Shown: positions 18,999 to 29,444 of the stretch, piece by piece
Layout: every line of letters starts with the position of its first letter
Position numbering within the stretch: position 1 is the stretch's first letter
Source of the DNA: Stramenopiles sp. TOSAG23-3
Lineage: Eukaryota
Direction: 5' to 3'
Assembly (NCBI GenBank): GCA_900128585.1
Contig: LT642200.1
Coordinates: 1-35,186 of the forward strand
DNA length: 35,186 nucleotides
The notes under the pieces: generated by a model
What the model was told of the DNA's origin: nothing
The model's input: only the letters and a program-made list of their open reading frames with translations
The model's database searches: none
Position numbers and translations under genes: made by a program

Positions 18999-20447
18999 TC
19001 AAGCTTTCGTATTGTTCACCATGGTCTCTTTCGAAATAAGGTGGCAGGTCTGGTCCACCAACGACAACATGTTCGACACGTCCGTGCTCCACGCGTCTAG
19101 GATCTCTTCCGGCGATTTTGCTTTGACAAACGTTGCGATGCCCATTGGTCTGTCTATCTTGCAAAACAAAATTTTGTCCGATACCATGTCCGACAGGATG
19201 GCTTCCAACTCGTCCCGGTTCGTGTTCAGCAGTTGCGCCATACGGTCTAACGGGATGCGGCGGTAATACCCGGCGATCGTCCGAGAGTTCATCTCCATGA
19301 CCCGGCGCCGCAGAAGCTTCCAGTACGCCTTGCCCCGTTCCACACCAGTCTCCGTGCCGTCCCATTCTTTCCCGGTGAACATGTCGTGCCCCACGATGCT
19401 GGCCTTGGTCACCAAGTCCAGGCAGACCTCTGGCGTTCGCATTCGCTCGAGCACCCACTTAAAATCCACTAGTTTGGCCAGCTTCTTCTCTGCGTAGACT
19501 TCCTGGATCAACTGCCGCTGCTCCGCGTCTTGCGGGGCGAGGGCAATGTACACGACGACGCGCTCCAGGGCCTTCGTCCACGCGGCCTCGTCCTCCTGGA
19601 CGGATGGGGTGTTGAACCTCGACAAAAAATCCTTCGCTAGCGGCAGCATTTTCTTCTCGTGCGTGTTGAACTCGATCATCAGCTCGCAGTGGCGCAGCTT
19701 CAGGTCGTGGAACCCTTGCTTGACGAGCTTGTCCCGCTTGATCTTCTTCCCGATAATCTCCGCGCGCACGTAGTCTTTCTTCGCCAAACACAGGCGGACC
19801 TGCTCCAAAATGTAGTCCGCCTTTTCCCGTGCATCCATCGAGCCCACCGTTTCGACGGCAACCTCCTGCATGATGCTCGCCGCCTCTGCAATGTCCCCGT
19901 TCTTCTCTTTGATTATCGCGAGCATCCTTGTCAGGCGCGCACTTTCCAGCTCTAAAAATATTTTCCCCTCCGTAATCTCGCGCAGCGCCTCGATCAAGGC
20001 GATCTTCTTCTCCTCGCTGGGCGACTTCTCGACGTACTCGATCGCCTTCTTCACCATGTTCAGCACGGGCGTGTTCAGCACCGAGCGGCGCTTGGCAAGC
20101 ATTGTCACCGTCGATATGCCGGTGTCCCAGTCGCCATTCTCAAAGCACATGGTGGTGACGCTGACGACGACGGTGGAGCAGGCCGGGGAGTCCTGCGCAT
20201 TTCGCGTCGCTTTCTCCAGGGGCAGAAGCGTGTTTATTGCCTCCGATAGGTTGCCATCTTTCGCTAACGTTTGGGCCTTCGCGACCGCTTCCTCGACCTC
20301 CTTCGTAAAGTCCTTCTTCGGCTGTGCCCGCTCCCACGATGGTGTGGATTTCTTCTTCTTCTTCGGCTTGTCAGCCTTCTTCTCCACCGCGGGGGTGTCC
20401 TCCTCCACTTCCATCGGGGCGGACGTGTCTTTCGTGGCCTCTGCCAT
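18999..20447 (-). CDS. RPN5: 26S proteasome regulatory subunit RPN5/PSMD12 (PCI domain)
   Basis: Motifs LLPLEKATRNAQD, LREITEGKIFLELESARLT, VETVGSMDAREKADYILEQVRLCLAKKDYVRA, AGYYRRI, KIDRPMGI and CHLISKE. ATG at 20447; the ORF-track start at 20480 is TTG. Confidence 0.97.
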   Translation of the reverse strand: MAEATKDTSAPMEVEEDTPAVEKKADKPKKKKKSTPSWERAQPKKDFTKEVEEAVAKAQTLAKDGNLSEAINTLLPLEKATRNAQDSPACSTVVVSVTTMCFENGDWDTGISTVTMLAKRRSVLNTPVLNMVKKAIEYVEKSPSEEKKIALIEALREITEGKIFLELESARLTRMLAIIKEKNGDIAEAASIMQEVAVETVGSMDAREKADYILEQVRLCLAKKDYVRAEIIGKKIKRDKLVKQGFHDLKLRHCELMIEFNTHEKKMLPLAKDFLSRFNTPSVQEDEAAWTKALERVVVYIALAPQDAEQRQLIQEVYAEKKLAKLVDFKWVLERMRTPEVCLDLVTKASIVGHDMFTGKEWDGTETGVERGKAYWKLLRRRVMEMNSRTIAGYYRRIPLDRMAQLLNTNRDELEAILSDMVSDKILFCKIDRPMGIATFVKAKSPEEILDAWSTDVSNMLSLVDQTCHLISKETMVNNTKA

Positions 20448-21141
20448 GTGTCTCTTAGTCTTTGTGCTGAAAAGCTTCAAAAATATGTAAAAATTCTCCG
20501 ATTAATACGATGAATCGGTTCGTTCGTGTACTCGTTTCTGGTCGAGAACGTTTCTTCTAATTTCATTCAATTCCTACTTTCATACACAAGACGTATATGC
20601 TTCAAGAGCTTTGGCTCTGCGGACCGGTGCGGGCGGGCGGTATTACGACGTGCGTGTAATGGATGGAATTATTATTAATTGTTGTTGATGATATTTTTAT
20701 TTATTTTTTTTGATTATAATATTATTCTATTTTTTGTAGTAGTTTAGTAGAGGTAGTAGAAGTAATAGTAGAAGTTCCTGTAGTGTTATTTTTATTTACA
20801 AAATTTCTTCTTAATTTGTTCTTGATTGATTTGATTAAAAATAAATGCTGTGTGTATGTATATCCCTACTATATTTCTTAAAAATTAAATTAATAATTCA
20901 ACAGGACAACAACATTCCTTCCTATCAATTTAATAATGATGATTTCTTCTATTATGGTGTCTTTATATTAATGGTGAACAAATTCTAATAATTATGTATA
21001 ATATATATAGGTAAATATATATTATAAGTACAATTTATTTAAAAGATCTAAAAATTGAAATTCTATTCTATGCACTATATACCTGTATGTGTTAAATAAT
21101 CAGAATATATTGTACATTATTAAATTCTCTGGTCTCTCTCT

Positions 21142-21209
21142 NNNNNNNNNNNNNNNNNNNNNNNNNNNNNNNNNNNNNNNNNNNNNNNNNNNNNNNNNNN
21201 NNNNNNNNN
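21142..21209. other. Assembly gap (68 N)
   Basis: Run of n between a short (CT) tract and a (CTTT)n tract; probably an unresolved microsatellite. Confidence 0.99.
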
Positions 21210-21264
<55 letters not shown>

Positions 21265-21321
21265 CTCTTTCTTTCTTTCTTTCTTTCTCTCTTTCTTTCT
21301 CTCTTTCTTTCTTTCTCTCTC
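21210..21321. repeat. (CTTT)n/(CT)n microsatellite
   Basis: Directly visible after the gap. Confidence 0.95.
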
Positions 21322-21666
21322 CTTGTCGTTCTGTTTCTCTCTTTTCTTCCCCGCTACGCTACGCTATTTATTTATTCTCTGTTGTTTTCATTGGATTCCT
21401 ACTCTTCCACTATTTAAATAGGTAAATACAAATATACTTATAAATACTTAGTCTATGTTGTCTTTTCAATTTGCTATTCTGTTTTTAATTTGCTTTGTAA
21501 CTAACTCACTCACTCACTCTCACTGTGTAAGCTTTGATGAATGAATTCTAGATTATTTTGAGATACCTGTTGTTCCTCTCTCTCTCTCTCTTTCTCTCTC
21601 TTGCTATTTAAATAGTTGAAATTTCTACTTCTTCTTACAGCTTCGCTTGTCCACATTATATAACTG

Positions 21667-21711
21667 TGGCTGTGGCTATGCTATGGCTATGCTATGGCTA
21701 TGGCTGTGGCT
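21667..21711. repeat. Imperfect GGCTAT/GCTAT/GGCTGT short tandem repeat
   Basis: tggctgtggctatgctatggctatgctatggctatggctgtggct. Confidence 0.8.
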
Positions 21712-23155
21712 GGTTGATTATTTCACATTATAATTATAATTAAAAAATGATGAATAAAATGATTTTGAATTTTCTTCTTCTTTCTTTCAATTTCGTTCGT
21801 TCTCTTCTTTCTTGTTTTAAATTTTAAATAATAGGGTTAATTAAACAATGTAATCCTTTCATTTAGTCTAATACAAATCAATCGTTCAATTTATAAATGC
21901 TTCATTGAATCAAAATTCGATTGAACTTGCAAGATAATTAATTCTCCGAATTCTTATAATTAATATACTGTATCATTTCTCTTCGACTTTAACTGTGTGT
22001 GAACCATATTTCTGTTTAAAGAAGAATTATATTTAAATCTTATTATTTTATTTATATAGTATTAATTGTAAATAACATTATATTCAAATTCTATACTATG
22101 TTCCTGTTTTTTATGTTTTAATAGGTTATTAATTTAAATATTACTATATTCATATGTATACTAATTGTGTAAAAAATATTCAATACCTTAAAAATAGTGT
22201 ATTTTTAGTGTTATCTATAGGGTTACCCCCACTTTTTAACGACCAATCACTCAACTTATTTTTTTGTACGTTCCTTCTTTTTTTTCATTTAAAAAAAGAA
22301 AGAAGACAATAATAATAAGTGTACAGTATAAAAACAATAACCAATTCCTATGGTATTTCTATATTATATAGATTAAATAATAGAATGGAAAGATAATCCC
22401 AACTAAGATTATTAATTAAAGAGGAACAAACACAGCATATAAATAGCATTAGCATTAATGGAGAAATGTACATACAGTTTATTTTTAAATAAATTAATAA
22501 TGATGCGATCCATTGATTGTAAGTGCTATGTACCTGTTAGAGTCCTCTCAAATAACAACGAACCACATCACATTTTGTTATTTAATTATATTTAGAAATA
22601 CAACTATTCAAATTACATACTATACATAATTAATTCTATTATACTATATTTATTTATTCATAGTATATGATTCTATTTTATATTTACGATTATTTATGTA
22701 TATTGTATTTAAAAGACCCCGGGAACTTCAGTTCCAGGGTTGAAATCACATCATCATCATCTGAACAAAATATTAGTATTGTAGTAGAGCAATAGAATGT
22801 ATGAAATCTTGTGGAGAAGGAAGGGAAAGAGTGTGTGCAACATAAAGAAACGAGGGAGAGGCCTGCATGAACATTACGATTGAGGAGGTGTATATTATCA
22901 ACCCCTTCTGTTCCATAAATACCAGGTGAGTGGCCGTTTGTTGTCTTTGTTCCAACGGACTATTGTGTGTCGCTCCGTCGCAGTGACAACGGATCTAGGA
23001 CCTTTCAGCACGCCTGTTGTACCTGGAACCCCGATTGTCCGCAGCCGCTGGCCCGATAATCCCCCGATTTCTTTGTGTTCGCCCAGGAAAGATACATATA
23101 TCAATAGGTTTGGCCCAAGCAGTCGTAGGGGAACCACTTGTCGTTCGGTGCTGCC

Positions 23156-26100
23156 ATGGTCAAGAAACGCCGCCTTGACGCGTCGCACTTGCCCGCCAAG
23201 AAGCGGGCAGTCTTAGGCCCAAATGCCACCTCCATCACGCCGACGTACGTTGAATCGTCCGGCGCGTCCAGCTCGCGTCCGTCGGGGGAGGCCCTTATCG
23301 CCCACCGCGTTAGTGTCCTGTGGGACGACGATGGGAAGTGGTACAGTGGCATCATCACGGACTACCGGGTGAAGCAGGGCATTGGAAAGCACCAAATCGT
23401 GTACGACGTAGCCGATGGTGGACAAATTATGAGAACTATTAGCCAAGCGCAAGGCCTGTTGGGGGCGGGCGTGACCACGCACGAGTGGCTTATTTTTGAG
23501 GCTGGTAGGGGAAAGAAGATTGGAAATGTAGTTAAGTGGAAGTTAATAGAAGAGGACGACGAGCTATCGGTGGGGTCGTCGAAACCTTCCGCCCGAGGAG
23601 CGAGGAAGCCCATGGTAGCCAAGCCCAAGGGGCCGGGCTCGTACGCGCGGAACGTAGGGAGGGGGAGGGGCGCGGGCGGGGACGACGCGCACAAGCGCCG
23701 GGGCGGGCCCGTTCGCCCCTCGAGCAAGCGCTACTCCCCCACCAGCGAGTTCGACGATTCCACCTTTAGTTCCGGGATGGGCGAATTCGGTGCGTTGGAC
23801 GAGATGGGGAACGAGAACGATTTCGTCAACATGATCGATGACATCGACGACCCAGGCGAATCGGACGCCAGGCCAGGCCGGGGAGGCAGCAGCGCGTTAG
23901 ATACGTCTGATGGGCAGTGGGGCAACCTGTTCCTCCCCTTTGACATTGGCGAGGATGACGAAGCAGAGGACGACCTCCAGGACTCCGGGTTTGGGACAAA
24001 TTTTTCACAGATTTTTGGAGCAGACAATGACTACAACGACGGGGGCGGTGGGAGTGATAACAGCGACTACGATAGCGGCGGCGAAGATTTTGACTCGTTG
24101 GCAGCGAGCGCGGCCAACAACGGCACCAAGCAATTGGGCTGGCAGGGCGACGATACTTCGAACAGCGACAGGAAGAAAGGGAGGGGCAAGCGCCCTGCCG
24201 GTGGGCCCATTAGTGGGTCTGCAGGCGGCCAATACAGCAGCTCGTCCCACGGGGCTGGCGCTGGGGCCGAAACGTCGCCGTCGACTGCTGCGGACGATGG
24301 GGGCGAGGAGCCCATCAAGCAGAAAGTGGCCGCCGTGAAAGAGCCGGAATATTTCACTCTGCAGGGTTCGGAAATGACCAAGTCGTGGATGCGCGAAAGT
24401 GGGTTCGAGAAGCCAATAGTAGTAAAGGATGTGAAAGATATGGGGATGACCATTCCGGACCCTAAGATGGATATTTTTGCGTTTTGCAATGCCATCGGGG
24501 ACGAGACCATGACTGGGTTGCGGGTGAAGGCCCAGTCCGAAATAGACGTGAAAATGTCCGATTGGGCCAAGCATTTCAGCGTGACGGGGCGGCCCAAAGA
24601 CGACCCATCCGAATTGAGGCTTCCCACATTGGCCATAAATGGGACTGAGCTTCATAAACAGATTAGTGTACCAAGTTTTGTGGAAACTTTGGACTGGTCC
24701 AAGTACGTGCTGCGCGTCGGAAACGACGATGTCCACGACGACTGCCGGCTCGTCCTAGAGCTGGGGCGGTCAACGGGACTTAACAAAAACTGGGACTCGA
24801 GGAGACACTTCATAGGGAAAAATGAAAAGCCTTCGGCAGAGGATGTTGAGGCCGCGCCCGTCCTCGCCACGCCAGTGGGGAGCGCTTCGCTCGACAGCGC
24901 TGCCCCAGTGAAACCTGCTCCGGCCGATGTGGTGGCGACCGGGGTGCCGGCCGTCGAGGAAATAAAGAAGGTGGAAGTGAAGGTTGAGAGCCCCGGCGAA
25001 GATGTGATCATGAAAGATGTGGAAGGGTCGAAGGGGGGCGCCGCTGTTGTTGATGCGGAACCGGCTGGTGTAACGGCCCTCGAAAAGACTGCCTTGGGGG
25101 CAGGGGACGCAAAGGCATTGAAGGCTGTCGCAACCGCAAAAGCAGCTGCACCGTCCGGCAGAAAAGGCGCTGCGGCACAGGCCGCTGTTGGGCCGGGGGC
25201 GGTGGGGACGGTGACCACATCCGTGGCCGGGGCGGTTACGACCACCAAGACGGTAGTAGAGGATTCTGACGGTACAATAAGAACTGACGTGAAGAGAACT
25301 TCCGAGCCGACCATGCTGTGCAAAATGCGCACGGAGGGGACGTACTCGGATTTTCACATCGACGAGGCCGGGTCCGCCACCTGGTATTATGCGCACCAAG
25401 GAGAAACTTGGGTGTACTTCATCCCACCCTCTGTTACGAATTTGGAAAAGTACGAAAAATGGTACATGTCGGACAATCAGACGGAAATATTTTTTGGGGA
25501 TCTTGTTTCGGACTGCTTTAAATTGAAAGTTGTACGTGGAAATTTGCTGGTGATTCCTGCCGGGTGGATCCATGCCATGTACGCCCGCTCGAACTCCGTT
25601 CTGCTCGGGTCTAGCTTCTCGAACACCCTCTGTTTGACCACGCAAATTCGAGTGCATAAGATTGAGCGCTCCTGCCATTTGACCCCAGCAAGTTTGAAGA
25701 ATGTCTTTTGGCACGTGTGCCTGCACTTTTACAAAGCCATGCTAGAGTGCTCGGTGAAAAAGCGCCAGTTCAGGAGACGCCGGGGACAAATTGAGAGAGA
25801 AGGGACCAAGTTGAGCAAAACCCGTGAAAACCGGCAGAAGTCTAGGGCCGAGAACCAAGTGAAACTAAAACGCATTCGCATATTAGCAGAGCAAAAGATA
25901 AAGGCGTTGAAAGCCATGGGGGGCATGCCTAACCTAAACCCCGTGTTGCCACCCTCCTCTACAGCAAAGGCCAAGTCAAAAGGCAAAGGGGGAAAAAAGA
26001 AAAAGGACGACGACAAAAAAGACGGGAAAAAGAAAGATGCGGGTAATGCTGCCATTCCGGCGGAATCGGCTTCGGGCGAAGCAAAAACTGGAGATGCTGA

Positions 26101-27940
26101 GCCCAAAGAAGCGGCAGAGAAGAAGAAGCCAGTCCAATTAACACCGTTGCAGCTTGCCAAAAAGGAGTGCGACGATGCCATCATGCAGCGAGATTACTTG
26201 GAACGTGAGATACAAGAAGCGGAGGAAGCTCATCGTGCCGCAGTTGGTAGGGAAAAAGATTTGCGGATGCGGCAGAAGATCGAAATGACCGAAATGACGG
26301 AAGGGCAACTGTCGATCGCGGAATTACGAGAACTCATGAGGCTCATGATACATTTGCGAAAGATGGCTGGGCCAGAGAATGCCTGGAAAAGTATTTCCCC
26401 CCCCGGAGACTCGGGAGGGGCGAAGGACGGGGAAGACATGGCGGCGCAGAATGCGTCTAAGCTAAAAAGCGACATCCGACGCGCGAACGAGGCTCGGGCA
26501 GCTGGTCTTCTGGCAGGATCCGATGGTATGGACGGTGTCCGGGTTGGGGAAGGGGATACTAGCTTTATTAAGTACCACCACCGTCCCATGCCGAAGGTTA
26601 TTAGGTTCGATGTTGAAAGCGACAAGATCCCTGATGTTATTGTGAACGCCCTGCAACTGCTCGATGATCTTGATAGGTTGTTCTGGTTTCAGCGTGCGCA
26701 TGCTTGCGCAAAAAAGGGTGTCCCGGCGTACGTTGAAGATTTTGCAGAACTGGACGAAGACGACCAGGCGGCCAAAGTGTACGAGCCGAAGAATCCTAAA
26801 TACAAGTTTCTGTGGGACGAGAATGGCAGGCCACCAGGGATTGGCAAACGCGGGGTCGACATGAAAGGCCTGTGTAAATGCCATTTAAAGAAGTGCCTCG
26901 TATGTCGTAACTGCGAAAAACGACACTGCTGGTGCCCTGGCGGTCCATTAGACCCCCACGCACCTCCTGTGCCGAAGAAGAAGCCGAAACCAAAGAAGAA
27001 GCCGCCGCCAGTCGTGAAGCCCCCCCCGGCACCGAAACCGCCTCGAAAGGGTCCCGTCGTCCAAAAACAGCCCAAGCCGAAATTGACGAAAGAACAAGAG
27101 CAGGCCCTTGTGCGCATGAAGTGGAGGAGACGCCTTGCGCTGGACACCGTCCAGGGCACGGCAGCCGCAAAGGAAGCGGAGGAGATGACGAAATGGCGGG
27201 TCAAGAATGCCAAAGTAAATGCGGCCACCTCCGGTGTAAAAGCTATGAAGGCTATGAGAGCCCAGAATGCGTTGGGTGCGGAGAAGGCGAAGGGAAAGAA
27301 AACTGGGTCGAAGGAAGCCTCCGGCGCCGACCATATTGTGCCGATAGATGCTTCTGGGCAACGATTAATATCACACCGAGCCTCATGCCATCGCTGCGGA
27401 AATCTGCGGAAGAAGACCATGAAGTGCAGCCGTTGCCCTCACGTATTTTGTCAAAAGTGTGGAGAAAAGATGCAAGAAGAACATGGCGTAATTACCTTCA
27501 AAGAAGGATGCCCAGTATGCAAGGAACTGTGCTGTTGTGGTGTCAACCGAAGCGCCGACTGTATCCGAAAATTTCATTGTTACAAAAAGTGCCCAGCCAT
27601 GAAAAAACTTGGCAAGAGAGGTGCAAAGCTTGTGGCGCAAGCAGCAGCTCTTGCAGGGACGAATGAAGTTTCGGGGAGTGGCGCCTCCGGTGGAGTGGCG
27701 AATGAATCGTCTACCACTGCCAAAACTACGAGTGCGAATGTGACCACGACTGCGAGCAGCAGTGGGGAAAAGCCCGCTGTTGAGAAGGTTAAACCTGCTC
27801 CTGCAGTTAGCGCGACGGCTGTGGCTGGGAACGCCACCAGTGGCAAGGCTGGATCAAGTGCGGCGCTAGCGGCTGGGAGCGTTGCCAGTACAGAGGCGAA
27901 CAAAGCGTCTCTTACTGCAAATCACGACGCGGTTGTGTAA
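23156..27940 (+). CDS. JmjC histone demethylase-like protein (KDM2/KDM7/JHDM1-type JmjC) with N-terminal Tudor and C-terminal zf-4CXXC_R1-like zinc finger
   Basis: Tudor-like RVSVLWDDDGKWYSGIITDY...HQIVYD. JHDM1-like GFEKPIVVKD..MGMTIP...VPSFVETLDW. JmjC TYSDFHID...WYYAHQG...FIPPSVTNLEKYEKW...FFGDLV...IPAGWIHAMY. C-terminal CHRC...CSRC...FCQKC...CPVCKELCCC. Start GCCATGG at 23156. Confidence 0.85.
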   Translation: MVKKRRLDASHLPAKKRAVLGPNATSITPTYVESSGASSSRPSGEALIAHRVSVLWDDDGKWYSGIITDYRVKQGIGKHQIVYDVADGGQIMRTISQAQGLLGAGVTTHEWLIFEAGRGKKIGNVVKWKLIEEDDELSVGSSKPSARGARKPMVAKPKGPGSYARNVGRGRGAGGDDAHKRRGGPVRPSSKRYSPTSEFDDSTFSSGMGEFGALDEMGNENDFVNMIDDIDDPGESDARPGRGGSSALDTSDGQWGNLFLPFDIGEDDEAEDDLQDSGFGTNFSQIFGADNDYNDGGGGSDNSDYDSGGEDFDSLAASAANNGTKQLGWQGDDTSNSDRKKGRGKRPAGGPISGSAGGQYSSSSHGAGAGAETSPSTAADDGGEEPIKQKVAAVKEPEYFTLQGSEMTKSWMRESGFEKPIVVKDVKDMGMTIPDPKMDIFAFCNAIGDETMTGLRVKAQSEIDVKMSDWAKHFSVTGRPKDDPSELRLPTLAINGTELHKQISVPSFVETLDWSKYVLRVGNDDVHDDCRLVLELGRSTGLNKNWDSRRHFIGKNEKPSAEDVEAAPVLATPVGSASLDSAAPVKPAPADVVATGVPAVEEIKKVEVKVESPGEDVIMKDVEGSKGGAAVVDAEPAGVTALEKTALGAGDAKALKAVATAKAAAPSGRKGAAAQAAVGPGAVGTVTTSVAGAVTTTKTVVEDSDGTIRTDVKRTSEPTMLCKMRTEGTYSDFHIDEAGSATWYYAHQGETWVYFIPPSVTNLEKYEKWYMSDNQTEIFFGDLVSDCFKLKVVRGNLLVIPAGWIHAMYARSNSVLLGSSFSNTLCLTTQIRVHKIERSCHLTPASLKNVFWHVCLHFYKAMLECSVKKRQFRRRRGQIEREGTKLSKTRENRQKSRAENQVKLKRIRILAEQKIKALKAMGGMPNLNPVLPPSSTAKAKSKGKGGKKKKDDDKKDGKKKDAGNAAIPAESASGEAKTGDAEPKEAAEKKKPVQLTPLQLAKKECDDAIMQRDYLEREIQEAEEAHRAAVGREKDLRMRQKIEMTEMTEGQLSIAELRELMRLMIHLRKMAGPENAWKSISPPGDSGGAKDGEDMAAQNASKLKSDIRRANEARAAGLLAGSDGMDGVRVGEGDTSFIKYHHRPMPKVIRFDVESDKIPDVIVNALQLLDDLDRLFWFQRAHACAKKGVPAYVEDFAELDEDDQAAKVYEPKNPKYKFLWDENGRPPGIGKRGVDMKGLCKCHLKKCLVCRNCEKRHCWCPGGPLDPHAPPVPKKKPKPKKKPPPVVKPPPAPKPPRKGPVVQKQPKPKLTKEQEQALVRMKWRRRLALDTVQGTAAAKEAEEMTKWRVKNAKVNAATSGVKAMKAMRAQNALGAEKAKGKKTGSKEASGADHIVPIDASGQRLISHRASCHRCGNLRKKTMKCSRCPHVFCQKCGEKMQEEHGVITFKEGCPVCKELCCCGVNRSADCIRKFHCYKKCPAMKKLGKRGAKLVAQAAALAGTNEVSGSGASGGVANESSTTAKTTSANVTTTASSSGEKPAVEKVKPAPAVSATAVAGNATSGKAGSSAALAAGSVASTEANKASLTANHDAVV

Positions 27941-28262
27941 AGTTTTGACGGAAAGAGTTTTTCACTTTGCGTGAAAACATCAATTTGTGCTTTTTTTTGT
28001 GTCTAAAGTTAATTTATGATATGATGTTTTATTAGTCATAGTCACACAATTGAGATAATCTTGAGAGTCTTAAAACATACTATATAATTAGTTTTTTTAT
28101 ATCATAACATAGTAAGTATGATAAGTACTTATCTAATCATATCAAATGTAATACGATAAATATGGCCATATTTTTTAAATGAGAGATAGAGAGTAAAAAG
28201 ACGTCGTGTATTAATTGCACGCGTGCTAACTTAAGCGTAAGACTGGTGTATTTTAAATTATG

Positions 28263-29216
28263 TCACCACCACCTTTCCACTCGAGTATCCTTTATTTCTA
28301 GCTGATGAAGCAATTCTTCGTAACCATCGCAGAAACTTGGGGGGCCACAAAGATAACTAATTATATTTTTCTCTCCAGTCGCGTTGGACTCACCGTTGTG
28401 ATCGGACTTCAAAAAACTAATTGCACCCTCAAAATCTGCCACTTGGAGTCTGCCGACACCCACTTGGTCGGTTGCGGTATCTATCCCATTATTCCCAGTC
28501 GTCTTCATACAAGAGTGCAACATCACAGGGTGCTCTTGTACACACGCGTTTATGGAATCAAGAAAGACTAAGCTGTCCAGGTCCTTGGCAGTATACAGAA
28601 TCGCGCATTTGGGACCTGGCTTTGAGGGCGTAGCGCTTTGTAAGCAATGGCTTACTTCCAATAGGATCGAGAAAAGAGGGTTTATTCCTATCCCCCCTGC
28701 CACAAGTAAAATTCGGTCTTCCTTCTTTGCATCGATGGAAGATTCGGGTACAGGCATCGAACACTCCTCAGTCCAAAAAAAATCCCCGCCAGACCTGATA
28801 GTAACAAAATCCCCAACTTGGCACTCACTGGTTAACCAACGTGTAGGAGGGTGGTCTGCGTCTTTAATTGCCAAAGAAAAGTAAGGCAATTGGCTAGGAA
28901 TGGAAGTCATTGAAAATCCGCCAACCACATCAACATCTGGAATAAACATATCTATCCATTGGCCGGGCCGAAACGAAAACGATTCATTGTTTCTAGCATC
29001 AGGCTCAGCGCGGAACGTAAACGATGAAACCCCTCCGCCCACATACTTTTTCTCCAAACACTCAGCAAGGAAAATACGCTGATTCGGCGGGATATTTTTA
29101 ATCGAATGTACAGCAGCCCGGTGCATTTTTTGTCCCTTTTCTGCGCTTGGCTCCAACTCACCCTGTGTCGGAAATATCATGAGATGTTTACTTTCGCATT
29201 TTTCTTCTTCGTTCAT
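28263..29216 (-). CDS. OXNAD1: Oxidoreductase NAD-binding domain-containing protein 1-like (FNR family)
   Basis: Motifs FRPGQWIDMFIP...VVGGFSMTSIP, LAIKDADHPPTRWL, GGDFF, LLVAGGIGINPLFSI, YLCGPPSF and terminal ERWW. ATG at 29216. Confidence 0.88.
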   Translation of the reverse strand: MNEEEKCESKHLMIFPTQGELEPSAEKGQKMHRAAVHSIKNIPPNQRIFLAECLEKKYVGGGVSSFTFRAEPDARNNESFSFRPGQWIDMFIPDVDVVGGFSMTSIPSQLPYFSLAIKDADHPPTRWLTSECQVGDFVTIRSGGDFFWTEECSMPVPESSIDAKKEDRILLVAGGIGINPLFSILLEVSHCLQSATPSKPGPKCAILYTAKDLDSLVFLDSINACVQEHPVMLHSCMKTTGNNGIDTATDQVGVGRLQVADFEGAISFLKSDHNGESNATGEKNIISYLCGPPSFCDGYEELLHQLEIKDTRVERWW

Positions 29217-29360
29217 TACGAAAAAATGGGTTGAGCCTGAGACGGAAAAAATAAGAACTGAGAAAAAAAGCAAATAATTACTATTTAGTCGTAGTAGTAT
29301 TTTTTTTATTATAAAATAATTATTATTATATTTTATTATCTAATAATAAATATTATTAGA

Positions 29361-29432
29361 TACGGTACAGGTACAGGTATTTACCAAGGTACCTTTTGGA
29401 GAATAATTTTTTAAATACCACTGGTAGGTGGT
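29361..29432. promoter_or_regulatory. GGTA/TACC-rich upstream cluster
   Basis: TACGGTACAGGTACAGGTATTTACCAAGGTACC, plus ATACCACTGGTAGGTGGT (29415-29432), which matches 33365-33382 at 17 of 18 positions; 150-220 bp upstream of the OXNAD1-like start. Confidence 0.4.
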
Positions 29433-29444
29433 AGGACGGAGGAA

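Noticed and set aside
21089-21421. ORF with FLSF repeats
   Set aside because: Reads through the N gap and the (CTTT)n tract; artefact.
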